DNA of 63,257 nucleotides, the filler included, from Octopus bimaculoides (Eukaryota): NCBI RefSeq assembly GCF_001194135.2. It is 5 parts of 4 records of this genome, joined end to end, with 100 filler letters (N's around TTAATTAATTAA, not from the genome) between each part and the next. Parts side by side here need not be neighbours in the genome. Positions count along the whole stretch, not along the records: positions 24,387 to 38,055 come from NC_068998.1; positions 38,156 to 47,544 come from NC_068994.1; 3 more parts are not named here. One strand, written 5' to 3'. A program made the position numbers and the translations under genes. The notes beneath the pieces were generated by a model. The model did no database searches, was not told the origin of the DNA, and worked only from the letters and a program-made list of their open reading frames with translations. Shown in pieces: positions 27,683 to 41,691 of this stretch (its first letter is position 1; every line of letters begins with the position of its first letter).

Positions 27683-28535
27683 GATGGTTTTCTGGATAGC
27701 TTTCTCTTAACAAATTACACACGCAAGGCACCGGTCTACCAGAGGCAATGGTAAATAATTAAATATATATTCATAAATAAATAAAATAAACAAACGTTTT
27801 CCTCGCATTCTCAGTTCAAATCGTACAATATTCTGCATTGATTTTCATCCTACCTTGGGCCAATCACAAGTACAAATCTAATAGATATCTCCCTATAATA
27901 GATTATGCATATCGCTCCAATGTCTAGCCTTGAACCTCTCTTACAAAAGCCTTTATAATATAGAGTACAGTGGCATATATAAACAGAGAGAAGCTCTTTA
28001 TAAATATTCATAGTTCATACATCAATGATAGAGAGCAGTGTTAAGTTATCTAACCCTAAATCAGAACGTGCTTCTCTGTATATATGTGTATCGTTTACTG
28101 AAAGCAAATTAATGGGAGATATTTTAGATGTTTTAATAAACGAATACATCATAAAAGTATCTTTATTTATTTGTTTATTTATCATTATTGGCGTCGTTGT
28201 TGTTTTTCTTTCTGCTTGTTTTAGTTGTTGTTGTGGTTGTGGTTGCCATTTTCCCAGTGTCAGATGTTATGAGGTATTGATTTGTCTTAGAGTAAACACA
28301 AGCTTACTTCCACAGTTTGTTTCCAGCTTGCTTTTAAAAGACACACAATACAAGGAAAATCATTCAAAATAAAATACTTAATACAAATCTTTGTTTTCGT
28401 TATGTTTCTTCCCTGTCCTTTCTTAAGATGTTGTGCAAAGAAAGAAGATTTATGGTAGGATATCGGCTTCGCTGTCTTCATGAGACATTACAGTTACATG
28501 ACAATATTTGTCTTTTTTATTGAGAAATACACAGA

Positions 28536-28582
<47 letters not shown>

Positions 28583-28911
28583 NNNNNNNNNNNNNNNNNN
28601 NNNNNNNNNNNNNNNNNNNNNNNNNNNNNNNNNNNNNNNNNNNNNNNNNNNNNNNNNNNNNNNNNNNNNNNNNNNNNNNNNNNNNNNNNNNNNNNNNNNN
28701 NNNNNNNNNNNNNNNNNNNNNNNNNNNNNNNNNNNNNNNNNNNNNNNNNNNNNNNNNNNNNNNNNNNNNNNNNNNNNNNNNNNNNNNNNNNNNNNNNNNN
28801 NNNNNNNNNNNNNNNNNNNNNNNNNNNNNNNNNNNNNNNNNNNNNNNNNNNNNNNNNNNNNNNNNNNNNNNNNNNNNNNNNNNNNNNNNNNNNNNNNNNN
28901 NNNNNNNNNNN

Positions 28912-28972
<61 letters not shown>

Positions 28973-29000
28973 AAAATTTTATTACATAATAATTTTGTAA

Positions 29001-29205
29001 AATTTTGGCACAAGGCCAGCAATTTCGCAGGGGGTGTTTTAGTCATTAAATGGACCCCAGTGTTAAACTGATACTTATTGTATTAACCCGGAAAAGATGA
29101 ATTGCAAAGCCGATCTCTGCGGAATTTGAACTCAGAACCTGAAGACTGCCTAAATGCCGCTAAGCACTTTACCTTACGTGTTAACGATTCTCTCAGCTGA
29201 TCGCC
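29001..29205 (-). mobile_element. Meta-like SINE (family A)
   Basis: TTTGGCACAAGGCCAGCAATTTCG...GACCCCAGTG...GCGGAATTTGAACTCAGAAC...GTTAACGATTC. Confidence 0.75.
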
Positions 29206-29240
29206 TTATTTTAGATCCTATTAGAACTGAATATCTGTAA

Positions 29241-29423
29241 AGTTCTATATTTAAGAGATGAGGAATTATACACATTATTTATATTATTTACATTTGACAG
29301 ATATTTATCCTCATATTGTTTGTTGTTGATGAAGGCTGGAGGGTATATCAGCTGAAACGTTGTGTCAACAACAAACAAGATGAGGACAAATATCCGTCAA
29401 ATGAAAATAATGTAAATAATGTG
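29241..29423. mobile_element. Fold-back element with hammerhead-like core as loop (Penelope pLTR-type remnant), copy 1
   Basis: Arms 29271-29329 and 29365-29423 are 54/59 complementary. The loop region reads TTGATGA-A-GGCTG(gagggtatat)CAGCT-GAAACGTT-gtgtc. A second copy lies at 56681-56824. Confidence 0.75.
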
Positions 29424-29718
29424 AATGTCCGTATATAAAAAAATAAACGGGAGTGCGTGCGAAGGGGGCGGGAATAGGGGTTTGCGTCTTGAGTAGTATT
29501 ATTATTTTCTTATTTTTTCCATTTTATTATTTAAAGTCTGTTCCTGTTAAATGGAGTATTTGTATCTAGTAAAAATGACTGGAATTGTTTGATCCGTACT
29601 TTGTTCAGCTATGAATGTGTGCTCTTAGGATAAGATTGTTTGTCTATAATGACATCGCTTCTCTCTGTTCTGTTTGTAGGAGACAGTATGTTAACTATGT
29701 TTTCCCTCTTATTCCACT

Positions 29719-29780
<62 letters not shown>

Positions 29781-29818
29781 ACTCTATATCTCTCGGCCTT
29801 CCTCTCATCATTAGTCGC

Positions 29819-29858
<40 letters not shown>

Positions 29859-30478
29859 GTTGTGTATTTCGGGATGTTATTGGGAGGGAGGATCCAAATA
29901 AACACACGGACTATATATATTTTTTTCTTTGTTCACTATTTATTACTGTTCTTATTTTATTATTTTATCTCATTCCCATTGTCCGGAAATCTTTCGTCAC
30001 ACATCTGCACCCTCTTTAGCGACACTTTTCGTTTTCGCATGTGTTCTCGCTGAACTTACTCCAACTGCTACACACAACACACAGAGTAATATTCACAAGT
30101 GATTTCTCACATTTAAGTAATAAACATATATTGTTGTCAGTTTCTTTCATGTGATAGAACTTGGTTGTTTTCTGCAAAAATCGACACCTTCACAGCGAGA
30201 AGATATATAATTATTAAGAAAACCAATACGTACATACACGCGTAAAAAACATATGTACGCAATGGCTATATAAATGAATATATATAAAACAAACGAAAAT
30301 AGGAAAGGATTTTTTTTTTCTCAGATTCAAATGGTAAACAGTTATGCTTGAAGTTATGCAACATTCAACGATATATTCTTTGTATCTGTTGACAAAACCA
30401 ACCCGTTTGTCACACAAAGAATTCAGACAATGAAAATAAATACATATATATTCATATAAACATATTTATTTTTATTGG

Positions 30479-30518
<40 letters not shown>

Positions 30519-30521
<3 letters not shown>

Positions 30522-30680
30522 GAAAATTATAGAAAAACAAAAGACGAAGACCGGATGTATAAACAACAAGCATGTATATTAGTTTAGCGCTTAGGAAAAT
30601 GAAAAGAAGTTGTTTACGTTTCGAGTCTACGTTCTACAACAAAAAGGTATAAGAGAAAAAAAACGGAGAGACAGAGAGAA
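30519..30680. mobile_element. Possible degenerate pLTR-like remnant
   Basis: Starts abruptly after (TA)n. The minus strand has GAAC-GTAG-ACTC-GAAACGT, a decayed hammerhead-like 3' half. Family assignment is from recollection only. Confidence 0.3.
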
Positions 30681-33600
30681 TGAAAATAAAACTTGTAGGT
30701 TTCAGCGGTCGAGCACGGCGGTACATATACATATATATCATGTGTCTGCACACATTCCTATTTGTAAACAGTTAAATTGATGACTTTTTTTTTTTTTTCA
30801 TAAGAAAATATTCGTGTAGCGTGTGTAAATGTGCTCGAGTACAGAGAAATGTATCAGATCGATAGCTGAACAACACAACAATGTGACTACTTTATACTGT
30901 TCATTAATATATTGTCGAAACAACTATGCTTGTCGGAACGCAAAATCAGAAAATATAGAAACACACGTTCATATGTGTGTATTTACGGCAAAATGATTTT
31001 TTTTTGTTATGTCTACAGCAAATAATGTGTTATATTACTATTAATCTAGATGATTCATTTCAATGCAACACAATAGAAAATTTCTCATAAATTTTAGTGA
31101 GATCTCATTAAACAAGAAAGGTGAGTCGTAATCGTTAAAGCCATCACTTGAATGTAAGAAACAACCTGTTGTGATACTAACCCGTAATTGAACCTTAGAA
31201 ATCGATTAATTCTACTGCTATTGATTAACGTAACTTTTCTAAAGAGAGACTAGAATATACAATAATACTGATATCTGTCTAAATGATATAAGGCTAAATG
31301 TATACGAAAACATACGTTTTAATAAAGATTTCCAATCAATGGTTCTACTTCTGTAGTTATATGTTATTCTCAACACGGTATATTATTGGAAATTTAGGGA
31401 GGTATAAGTTGTACATACACCGCTGCATTCCCACCATTGGTTATGAATATTTGCATGAGTGTATATATATATATATATATATAATATCGAAGGGTAATTA
31501 GAAATATTAGAAATGTCTACTACCAGTGGCCAAGCGTGTTTTTATTTTTCATTTCCTTCATTCTCTGCGCGCGTTCAGACTCGGTAATTGTGTGGGGAGC
31601 TGGGGAGCTATATGTGCGTTTTTTGCACTTGTGTCTATCTATCTCTATTCATATAAATTATTGTATACGTATGGGAATTTGATTGTGCGTTTAAATATGG
31701 TTGTCAGTGCTGAAAGGAGAACATAATATATTCAAATGCGACTGCAAAGCAAAGGAGAATAACAAGCGCAAATTCCATTGATATTTTGAAAATTGCTGAA
31801 AAGATCAAGATGAGACGACGTTTTCACACACACACGCACACACATACGCACAAAGGCACACAGACCCACGCACACACACGCACACACACACATACACACA
31901 CGGGCATAAACCTTTTCACACTCATGCCCGGTAAAACATTTCAGAACAAAAATAGGATATAAAAAAAAATGTGTAAGACGGGAATGATGAAAGATTACAA
32001 AAGCGGATAATCTACGAAGAGGTATTATCGGTGTTGATGGATTTAATTCTTCTATTTTCCCGTATATGTTCCAACGAAAGATTAAAGATCACACAATACG
32101 AACTACTGCCAGAATAAGACGAACTTTGGCTGATGCGAACCGATAAACATACATATGTATATNNNNNNNNNNNNNNNNNNNNNNNNNNNNNNNNNNNNNN
32201 NNNNNNNNNNNNNNNNNNNNNNNNNNNNNNNNNNNNNNNNNNNNNNNNNNNNNNNNNNNNNNNNNNNNNNNNNNNNNNNNNNNNNNNNNNNNNNNNNNNN
32301 NNNNNNNNNNNNNNNNNNNNNNNNNNNNNNNNNNNNNNNNNNNNNNNNNNNNNNNNNNNNNNNNNNNNNNNNNNNNNNNNNNNNNNNNNNNNNNCATTTC
32401 GATAAGGGAGTTCCAAAGAAGTTATATTTGTAACACTCGTTATGTAACGTAAACACTGTTCTCCATTTATTGTGTACGTGAAAAACCTATCAAGAAAACT
32501 GTTTTATTTCGTCTTTAACCTTCCTTTGTCCTTTTTTTTTTGCTTCGTTTTCATGTTTAATGTTTTTTTTTTTAAATTTTCTTCGCGATTACAAGGATAG
32601 AAGGAAGTGAAGAATGATAAGACTAAAGCAAGGAAAACAACAAGAAAAAAAAGACGAGTATAAATAAATAGCTAAGAGAAAAGTCTGGATAAATATTTCT
32701 CCAGACAAAACTTTTTACCTCGGTGAAACGAAAAGCGGACAGTGATTATTTTGAAGTAGAATACCACTGAATTGTCAGCGAAGAAATGACGAACGAAATA
32801 AGAAGAATGGCGTGAAAAGCGACTAAGAGAGAGGAAGATAGCAAGAGTTAGAGAGGTAGACAAAGACAGAGAAAGAGGGATATAAGGGAGTAAGAGTAGG
32901 AGGTAGAGCGAGAGGAACCAGTATAAAGTGATTACTCGACTGACAGAATGAGACCATTTTAAGTGCTATTTCGTCTTTGTACCTATATTTATCTAGGAAG
33001 CACATATAATGGTAATTGCGCACGTGAGTTTGTAAATATGTGTGCGCGTGTTTAGGAAACTAATTCTGTGTACGTGAAGCTAAACGTACAAATGAATATA
33101 TATAATTCGTATAGCATGCACATGCACACGTTATATAAATATATGTACGGATGTATACGGTTGTACGAGTGTATGTATTTCTGTGTGTATGTGTGTGCGT
33201 ATGTTTACGTGTGTGTGTGTGTATTTAAATAGAGGGCGAAGTAGATAAATATAATCGTAGACTTAAAACTATGTGTGTCGGTGTGTTTGTATGCGTGTGT
33301 GCTTATGTATATATAAATATGTGTATGTCGGTGTATGTGTGTGTGTGTGTGTGTGTGTGCACAGACACTGAGAGCTAGAGAAATGCACACACACACCCAA
33401 ACGCACACATGTATGTATATATGTAAGTATACACACGCCCATAAATTTTATATGGAAGCTCTTTTATTTGTCCTAATAATGATACAAATATACGTGCTTC
33501 TGCTTTTATAGCTTCGTTCTTGCCACTTATATCTTAGCTCTTGTGTCTCAGATTTTGTCTGGTGATTAAGTTTTGATGAGAAAATATATATAATAACACA

Positions 33601-34125
33601 GTCACTCTTCTTACGTTATTACTACAAACACTAAATAACGTAGTATCGGATGTACCTAATGTTGCCTTATAATAACTACAGTCGTAAAACATTTTTACTC
33701 CCCTTGAAATAAGTATGCTATTTCTTCGTGTAGCGCATTGTAATTATAATCAAACGAACTGTGTAACGTCGGGTCACTTTTCTGACTGTATTATATCTCG
33801 ATAAGTTTATGCTATAATATGTAATTGAAAAGAATATACGGGAAGTAGTTTGTAATTACAGAATCATTACGGCAGACAAAAAGCTTAGCTCTACTTGTAT
33901 CGGTCCACAGTGATCTGGTTTCAAATCCTGCCAGCACAACTTTCAGTTAACATCACTTTCGACTAACATCACTTCTTTGCCTACCTACTTGTTCTGACTC
34001 TCAGAGATCTGATTTCAAACCCCGCCAACATCACCTTCAAATTAACTTCATGTTGGGTTTCATAAACATAATAGTAATCTGTTACCGAGGTTAAATCTTC
34101 TTATCTCCGCTTTAAATTCCACAAA

Positions 34126-34199
<74 letters not shown>

Positions 34200-34227
34200 N
34201 NNNNNNNNNNNNNNNNNNNNNNNNNNN

Positions 34228-34289
<62 letters not shown>

Positions 34290-36136
34290 TCTTCCTCTCT
34301 CTCTCCCGTTCTGCTCTATGTATCTTTCTATCTTTGTGTCTCCGCGATAATGATAGAAAGAGTTGGTGCGTGGACAGGGACAGAAAGAAAAGGAGAGAGC
34401 AATTAAGAGACAGAGGAAGAGACGGGGGAAATAGAGAGCGCGATAAAGGGAGAAAGAGAGAGACAGACAGAGAAAGAGTGAGAGAAATATTGAAGTTCTT
34501 GTTATTGCTGTTGTTATTGTATAAATTTATTACATCGTGGCCATGACATTACTTAATCCCAAACATTATTATGGCTTCGGTAAAGGAATTTAACAACTTG
34601 TCTGTAATTAGCCAATTCCATATTCATTAGCGAATCATTTAAACTAACCGCTAATGTCTTGGTGATTGATATTCATTCAAACTTGTCAGCATTAACTGAA
34701 ATGTAATGTTAATGCTTGATGGCAACATTTATCATACAATGATGAATATTCCCAAACTACTATTTTTAAGTATGTAAATTAGAATTCTGTGTCCACAGAG
34801 ACATCATAGAAGAGACAAAAGACAAAGATATCAATGACTTTAATACGATGTAACCGTTCCAACTGTTGGAAATATCAGCCAAATTTCCCTCAAACCACAC
34901 CATTTCGCCAGTTAAAAAGAAATTCGAAAAGATTGTCTTTGATATAAGAAAATACTACATAATAATGGCTGAAGTTTCTTTGATAATAAATTTTGCCTTA
35001 TTTAACTGACAACAACAGCAAAGGAATCTAGTGAGATACTGTCAGCCCGTATGCCAGTATTTTGTGTTTTTTTTTCCAAATATATTTTTAGCCATATTGC
35101 TCCTTTAATATTTCACATTTATAAGACAATTTGCGACACTATGCGTATTTATAATGTCGTAATGTATGTATGTGATGATAGAAGTGTGCAAGATACATAG
35201 TGTGTGTGTGTGAGTCTGTGTGCCTGTCTGTGTCTGTGTCTGTGTGCCTGTGTGTGTCTGTGTGTATATATATATATATACATAATGCTCTTTTATTCTT
35301 TTACTCCGTCCAGCCATGTAGATTCATTCATTCTGGAGCACATGTATAGAGCCTTTCTGTTACCTGAGGACACAGCTTAAATTCTACGTCATTTCCAAGA
35401 ATGTTTTGCATTTTGCGTTGATGCAAACGTGTAAGTAACTTATACATTATTGAATACAATAATATAAATTATTTATATGTTCTAAGTTACGAAACAATTT
35501 GTTGTGATATGGGAATTTACGTGTCGTTAAATGAAGATTCATCAAACTATTTCTGTTATTTATTACTTATATTTGTGTGTATATATATATATATATAGGT
35601 ATATTTATATTTGCTCATGGTTTACATGGAATATAACATATATTTATATTCCACTATTTACTCTTTTATCTTACGTAATCTGTTTCAATATGTTCCTACA
35701 TGTACCAATGTGTATGCATGTAGATATTTACAAATATACATATATACACATATGCACTTATATACATACATGTGTACGTGTGTGTGTGTGTACATAATTC
35801 ATTAATTATATTTGACATCGTACTGACTGAAAACAAAGTATGAACTTAGTTTTAGAGGATGAGAATTGTTATATTTTTGTCTACAATGTATATATGTACA
35901 TTTTTTGTGAATGTGAACTAATCAGACAATGCAGTATTAAGGCCCGAAAGCAGATTCTGCTTTGCAAGATATTGTTAAAAATTTCTGTAGTTCGTGCACC
36001 TGTTTTCCAAAATTCGATAAAGAGACAACACAGCAGGTTCCATATCCTGTATGAAATTACTTGCCTGTGTGTGGCACAAGATTAACAGACATGATGTGGA
36101 AAAACTAGTTTGTATAATTCGTATTAGTCGGGCAAC

Positions 36137-36206
<70 letters not shown>
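36137..36206. repeat. (ATAG)n microsatellite
   Basis: Directly visible. Confidence 0.97.
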
Positions 36207-37046
36207 GTGTGTGAATGTATGTGAGTGTATGCTTGTATGTCTATTCATATATGACTATGAATGCGTATATATATAAAGGAGATATTTATATCTATACGAC
36301 TGTCACTGTACCAACGGATCTATTCTTATTTATGTGTGCGCTCGTGGGTGTATGTCTATGTGTATAAGTATATTTATATATCCGTCTATAACTATATACT
36401 ATGCATATTAAATGTAGACTAACAACATACATTAATCTTGCGAGTAATTATACTTGTGTATATGCTAATAACGTATACATCATTCTGTATTGATATAGGT
36501 GTATGCTTACGGTGTACATGAAATCATGTGGGCTTTTATTCACTTTTGCTGCGTATGTACATACTATATACCAATATATATATATATATATATANNNNNN
36601 NNNNNNNNNNNNNNNNNNNNNNNNNNNNNNNNNNNNNNNNNNNNNNNNNNNNNNNNNNNNNNNNNNNNNNNNNNNNNNNNNNNNNNNNNNNNNNNNNNNN
36701 NNNNNNNNNNNNNNNNNNNNNNNNNNNNNNNNNNNNNNNNNNNNNNNNNNNNNNNNNNNNNNNNNNNNNNNNNNNNNNNNNNNNNNNNNNNNNNNNNNNN
36801 NNNNNNNNNNNNNNNNNNNNNNNNNNNNNNNNNNNNNNNNNNNNNNNNNNNNNNNNNNNNNNNNNNNNNNNNNNNNNNNNNNNNNNNNNNNNNNNNNNNN
36901 NNNNNNNNNNNNNNNNNNNNNNNNNNNNNNNNNNNNNNNNNNNNNNNNNNNNNNNNNNNNNNNNNNNNNNNNNNNNNNNNNNNNNNNNNNNNNNNNNNNN
37001 NNNNNNNNNNNNNNNNNNNNNNNNNNNNNNNNNNNNNNNNNNNNNN

Positions 37047-37082
<36 letters not shown>

Positions 37083-37871
37083 GTGTGTATGTATGCATGT
37101 ATCTATGTATGTATGCGTGCATGCAAATAGACGTTTAAATGAATATACATATGTTTTGGAGTATCTTATTCTTAATATAAAGTTCAAGTAGGAAGGGAAA
37201 CCGTAATATATTCACATGTGTGAGCGTACATGTACTTGTTTGTATGTGTATGTGTTTGCTTCTGTGTGCACATGTATTCGTGTGTGCTTGTCTGTGTAAA
37301 GATACAAGCTTAACACAACAGGAATAATCACAACCGTAGCTATAGATAATTTTGTTTTTCTTCTACTTGATGTTCACATCCACTAAATATCGCTCTTACC
37401 CAAAGGGTTGCCTGCCAGACAACCATGATATCTGCTTAATTAAATATTGGCGTACGTTCTCACACATGAACACAGAAAGAAATTGGCTAAAACGCACACC
37501 TATGTTCACCACATATCGATGCAGCTGTAAAAACATATATAACGCGAATACGTATGTTCCTAAATGGTTGTGTACGGATATAAGAGAGTCGACTTGAACG
37601 GCAATTAAAATCTTGAATATAAACGTATGTAAACCAATGCATACCTATAAGAACTTCTGCTTCAATATATGTATATGGGTATACGTATATATATTTCTAT
37701 GGTGATATATGCACATACATATACACATATAGATAGATATATGTAAGTATGTCTGTGCCCACGTTACGCGTATGTGCATACGTATGTATGCATATATGCT
37801 TGAATGTGTGTATCCATACATCATACAACTAAAAGCGTAGATCAACTAAGTGACGGTCAAGATTTTAAGAT

Positions 37872-38030
37872 GAAGGCGTGTCTATGTGGTAGGAAACTTG
37901 TTTCGCAACCACCTGGTTCCGGGTTCAGGCCCATTAGGCAAGTGTCTTGTATTATCTATAGAGCCTAGGCCTGACCCAAGTGTTTTGAGTGGATTTCGTA
38001 GACGGAAACTGAAAAAAAGTTTCTCGCGTG
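37872..38030 (+). mobile_element. CORE-type SINE (family B), 5' part
   Basis: GTGGTAGGAAACTTG...CAACCACCTGGTTCCGGGTTCAG...GGCAAGTGTCTT (CORE-like)...GTGGATTTCGTAGACGGAAACTGAAA, then (TA)n and a gap. Confidence 0.75.
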
Positions 38031-38099
38031 TATATATATATATATATATATATATNNNNNNNNNNNNNNNNNNNNNNNNNNNNNNNNNNNNNNNNNNNN

Positions 38100-38111
38100 T
38101 TAATTAATTAA
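38100..38111. other. Synthetic scaffolding linker TTAATTAATTAA
   Basis: 44 N on each side. Confidence 0.95.
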
Positions 38112-38227
38112 NNNNNNNNNNNNNNNNNNNNNNNNNNNNNNNNNNNNNNNNNNNNATATACATCATATCATACCCATACATACATACATACATAAAAAAC
38201 GTACTCTTTGCTTTTCTTTTTTCTCTT

Positions 38228-39371
38228 TCAAAGATTTAACTTCGGAGAGAATCTTTTTATGAAGTGTGGTTCAATTGCCTTTCGGTATCGCAGATCGTCC
38301 GCGTACATTTGTAAAAAGGAAATATTTTAAACTTCCCGTCTCCGCATATTTCTAGATGTTTACTCAATGGAATCTTTCGTAGTTCTTCTTGCCGGATATG
38401 TTGCCTGTGAATTCTTGCACGTTGGCAGAGGGAGTTATTCGTTTCGCCAATATAATTTTCTTTACAGTTTGGGCAGGTAATGCAGTATATGAGATTTTGT
38501 GTTTTACAGTTCATATCTGCATTTATTTTAAAAATGGATCCGCTCTTGAACTTAGCGTGGGAACCACTTTCTGTATACTTGAAGCTGTTGGTATTGTTAC
38601 ACGTTCCACATTTCCTATCTCCACACTCTTTTACTATGAATTCTAGTTTATTCTCTGATCTAAATTCTGCCCTTGTGAGGTGTTTTTTTAAAGATTTTTT
38701 GGTTGGCGTCTGCTATTCCGTAAGGTGTTCTTTTTCAATCAGAGATTTCATCTTGGGGCTTTGTAGGAGTATAGGCAAGTTTGATTTTATGACATGAAAT
38801 ATGTTAGTTATTCCAGGACTGTATGTGTTAATGAACGGAATCGTGTTTTCATTAACTTTTTCCTTAGGTGTCCGTAGTTGGGTAATATTCAGTTTCATCG
38901 CCTTTTTAATTCCTTTATTAATTAAGCCTAAGGGGTATTTTTGTATAGTAAGGAAGCTTCTGAGTTCGTTAAGTCTGATTTCACGTGTTTTAGGGACACT
39001 TACTATAGCACAAATGCAAGGAAATCGAACGAAAACAAACATGGAGGGTCGTTAGACCAGAAAGAGGGTAAAATGTTTGTTTTCGTTCGGTTTCTTTGTA
39101 TATTTCTACTGTCCTGTTTTTGATTCCAACGCTGACCCCCCATAAATCCAAATTTTATTTTGGTATTTATGGGAGCAACTGTCTTCGAAGGCTCATATTG
39201 TCGTTCAATGCTCGAAATGAAGAGTAGATAGACAGCCGACAACTGATGAAGAGTCGTTCTTTGTGTTATTTGTCCTGTTTTCCATTTTTTCTCTCTCGTT
39301 GTTTGCGTATTTAACTCATTTGTGTTCGTATTTCATGTTGTTTACTGTTGGTGACGTCCTGTACCCGTATA

Positions 39372-39385
<14 letters not shown>
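38228..39385 (-). mobile_element. 5'-truncated Penelope-like element: RT C-terminus/linker plus GIY-YIG endonuclease, with inverted terminal-repeat segment
   Basis: Minus frames AIVSVPKTREIRLNELRSFLTIQKYPLGLINKGIKKA...IPFINTYSP and MNCKTQNLIYCITCPNCKENYIGETNNSLCQRARIHRQHI...PLSKHLEICGDGKFKIFPFYKC...HFIKRFSPKLNL* (stop 38228-38230). Frameshifted. The non-coding 39021-39385 segment recurs at 3090, 6677 and 7143. Confidence 0.9.
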
Positions 39386-39411
<26 letters not shown>

Positions 39412-40266
39412 ATAAAGGGCATTAACTGTGTAGTAATGCCTCACGCTTCGAGGGACTTGATAAATTCTTATAAAGATTTTATCCNNNNNNNNNNNNNNNN
39501 NNNNNNNNNNNNNNNNNNNNNNNNNNNNNNNNNNNNNNNNNNNNNNNNNNNNNNNNNNNNNNNNNNNNNNNNNNNNNNNNNNNNNNNNNNNNNNNNNNNN
39601 NNNNNNNNNNNNNNNNNNNNNNNNNNNNNNNNNNNNNNNNNNNNNNNNNNNNNNNNNNNNNNNNNNNNNNNNNNNNNNNNNNNNNNNNNNNNNNNNNNNN
39701 NNNNNNNNNNNNNNNNNNNNNNNNNNNNNNNNNNNNNNNNNNNNNNNNNNNNNNNNNNNNNNNNNNNNNNNNNNNNNNNNNNNNNNNNNNNNNNNNNNNN
39801 NNNNNNNNNNNNNNNNNNNNNNNNNNNNNNNNNNNNNNNNNNNNNNNNNNNNNNNNNNNNNNNNNNNNNNNNNNNNNNNNNNNNNNNNNNNNNNNNNNNN
39901 NNNNNNNNNNNNNNNNNNNNNNNNNNNNNNNNNNNNNNNNNNNNNNNNNNNNNNNNNNNNNNNNNNNNNNNNNNNNNNNNNNNNNNNNNNNNNNNNNNNN
40001 NNNNNNNNNNNNNNNNNNNNNNNNNNNNNNNNNNNNNNNNNNNNNNNNNNNNNNNNNNNNTGTAAGTCCAGGATTCACACCAGTCTATGTTTGATTGTTA
40101 ACATTAAGAAAATAAAGAGAACAAAAAATTTTAAAAAAAGCAGGAAAAAGAAAAAAAAACTACTACGAGAAATTAATTGGTCGTCTACCGGATTACTTAA
40201 CTACTGACTTGTCACACCGCAGAGTCGCTTATAATATCGGAGATTGTGAACTTGTTGAAATGGTTG

Positions 40267-40297
40267 TAATAACAATAATAATAATGATAATAACAAC

Positions 40298-40361
<64 letters not shown>

Positions 40362-40390
40362 TTCAGAAGAAGAAGACGAAGAAGAAGAAG
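40267..40390. repeat. (AAT)n followed by (GAA)n microsatellite
   Basis: Directly visible. Confidence 0.97.
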
Positions 40391-40480
40391 ATCCCAATCT
40401 ATAAAAGACGGAAAGAAGAAGAAGAAAGCTTAATTGATAGGGAAAGTGTATTAACTTATACCAGATTTAGACGCTGTATA

Positions 40481-40614
40481 CAGTAATGCCTCGATATACG
40501 TGTTAATTCGTTGCCGGAGATCACTAGTAAAGCGAAAACTCCAAAACAGAAATCTCGTAAAAATTCGTAAACCCACGGAATCTCGTAAAGCAGGTCCTCG
40601 TAAAGTGAAGGCTG
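40481..40614. mobile_element. pogo/Tigger-like MITE
   Basis: TA|CAGTAATGCCTCGATATACG ... CGTAAAGTGAAGGCTG|TA, with four internal (C/T)TCGTAAA repeats. The right TIR is degraded. Confidence 0.5.
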
Positions 40615-40780
40615 TAAAGTTCATAAGCTGACTACGAAGGAGTGATGCTAGAGTTGCGAAATCTTGAATGTATTAATTTCTAGCACTTATTGATAACTGC
40701 ATTGTTTCTTTTCTAGGTAAATTAATTTCTGACTGTTAAAAGAAGACTTCAAAAGAAACTAGTCGTGAGATCTCTTGAAA

Positions 40781-41270
40781 ATGGACAAAATTTGGCGTTG
40801 TGGTGTTACCAAGTATGTGAAGAAAAAGAGATTAGCTTCCTCACTCCCGCTCACGTTAAAGGACACTGGTACTGACATGGGTGCTACATTAGGGGGATGA
40901 CGCTCCAACTATGTAAACATTGCAAAAGTGAGCAGCTGAATTTAGGTGAGGAAGGGAGAGTCTTAAATTTGACGTCCTGAAGCTGCACAACCGAGGGAAA
41001 CACTGACTGTGTTCACCATATAGTGATGGAATGACAGGCGATTGACTATATATGTATGAAATAGCCATTGCTATTAGTTTATGCCGTGAGAGAGTTGAGA
41101 ATATTCCACGCAATGAACTTGGTATGACGAAGGTTTCTGCTCGGTGGGTACCATGTCTTCTGACACCTGATCAATAGTACGCCAAGTTGATCACATCACG
41201 GAAATATCTGACATTGTTTAGGACACATCCAGCTGGTTTCTTTTTACGTTTTCTAACCCAGGAAGAGTGC
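40781..41270 (+). mobile_element. Mariner transposase N-terminal pseudogene fragment
   Basis: MDKIWRCGVTKYVKKK...DMGATLG/DDAPTM*TLQK*AAEFR*GRESL...ELGMTKVSARWVPCLLTPDQ...FLTQEEC. Contains the WVP motif (41145-41153) and ends at the first catalytic Asp position. Confidence 0.88.
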
Positions 41271-41614
41271 AGGCCCTACTCATTTTATATTTTTCCTCAA
41301 GATATTTTTTGGAGGTGGAAACTGATATTTTGTTAGTTTGGAAGCAACTGATTTAATGCAACCTTTCACTTTTTTCTAAAGACGGTGGTGGATGTGATTT
41401 GAGGGAAATTTAGCTGCTATTTCTAGCATTTCAAACGGCAATGTAAAATGCTCCCCTGTTGGCCCACTCGGCACAGCCGTTTTGGCGCCTGCCTATCTGG
41501 CGTCCTTGATTTGATGCTGACGCATTTGACATCAGATGTTTTTAATGTTTCGTTCTCTTCCTTTCTTTCTTTCTTTTTTTCTTTCTTTCTTTCTTTCTTT
41601 CTTTCTTTCCATCT

Positions 41615-41659
<45 letters not shown>

Positions 41660-41691
41660 CTTAAGTATGTGAGCGTATTTCTCTATATGGT

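Noticed and set aside
39205-39256. CTCGAAA...CTGATGAAGAG as a circularly permuted (type II) hammerhead
   Set aside because: Helix II can be drawn, but helices I and III do not pair, and the homologue at 3130-3175 has CTAATAA.
18744-41270. Mariner N- and C-terminal fragments as one split element or a SETMAR-like gene
   Set aside because: They are in the wrong order, 22 kb apart, and both are full of stops. These are independent relics.
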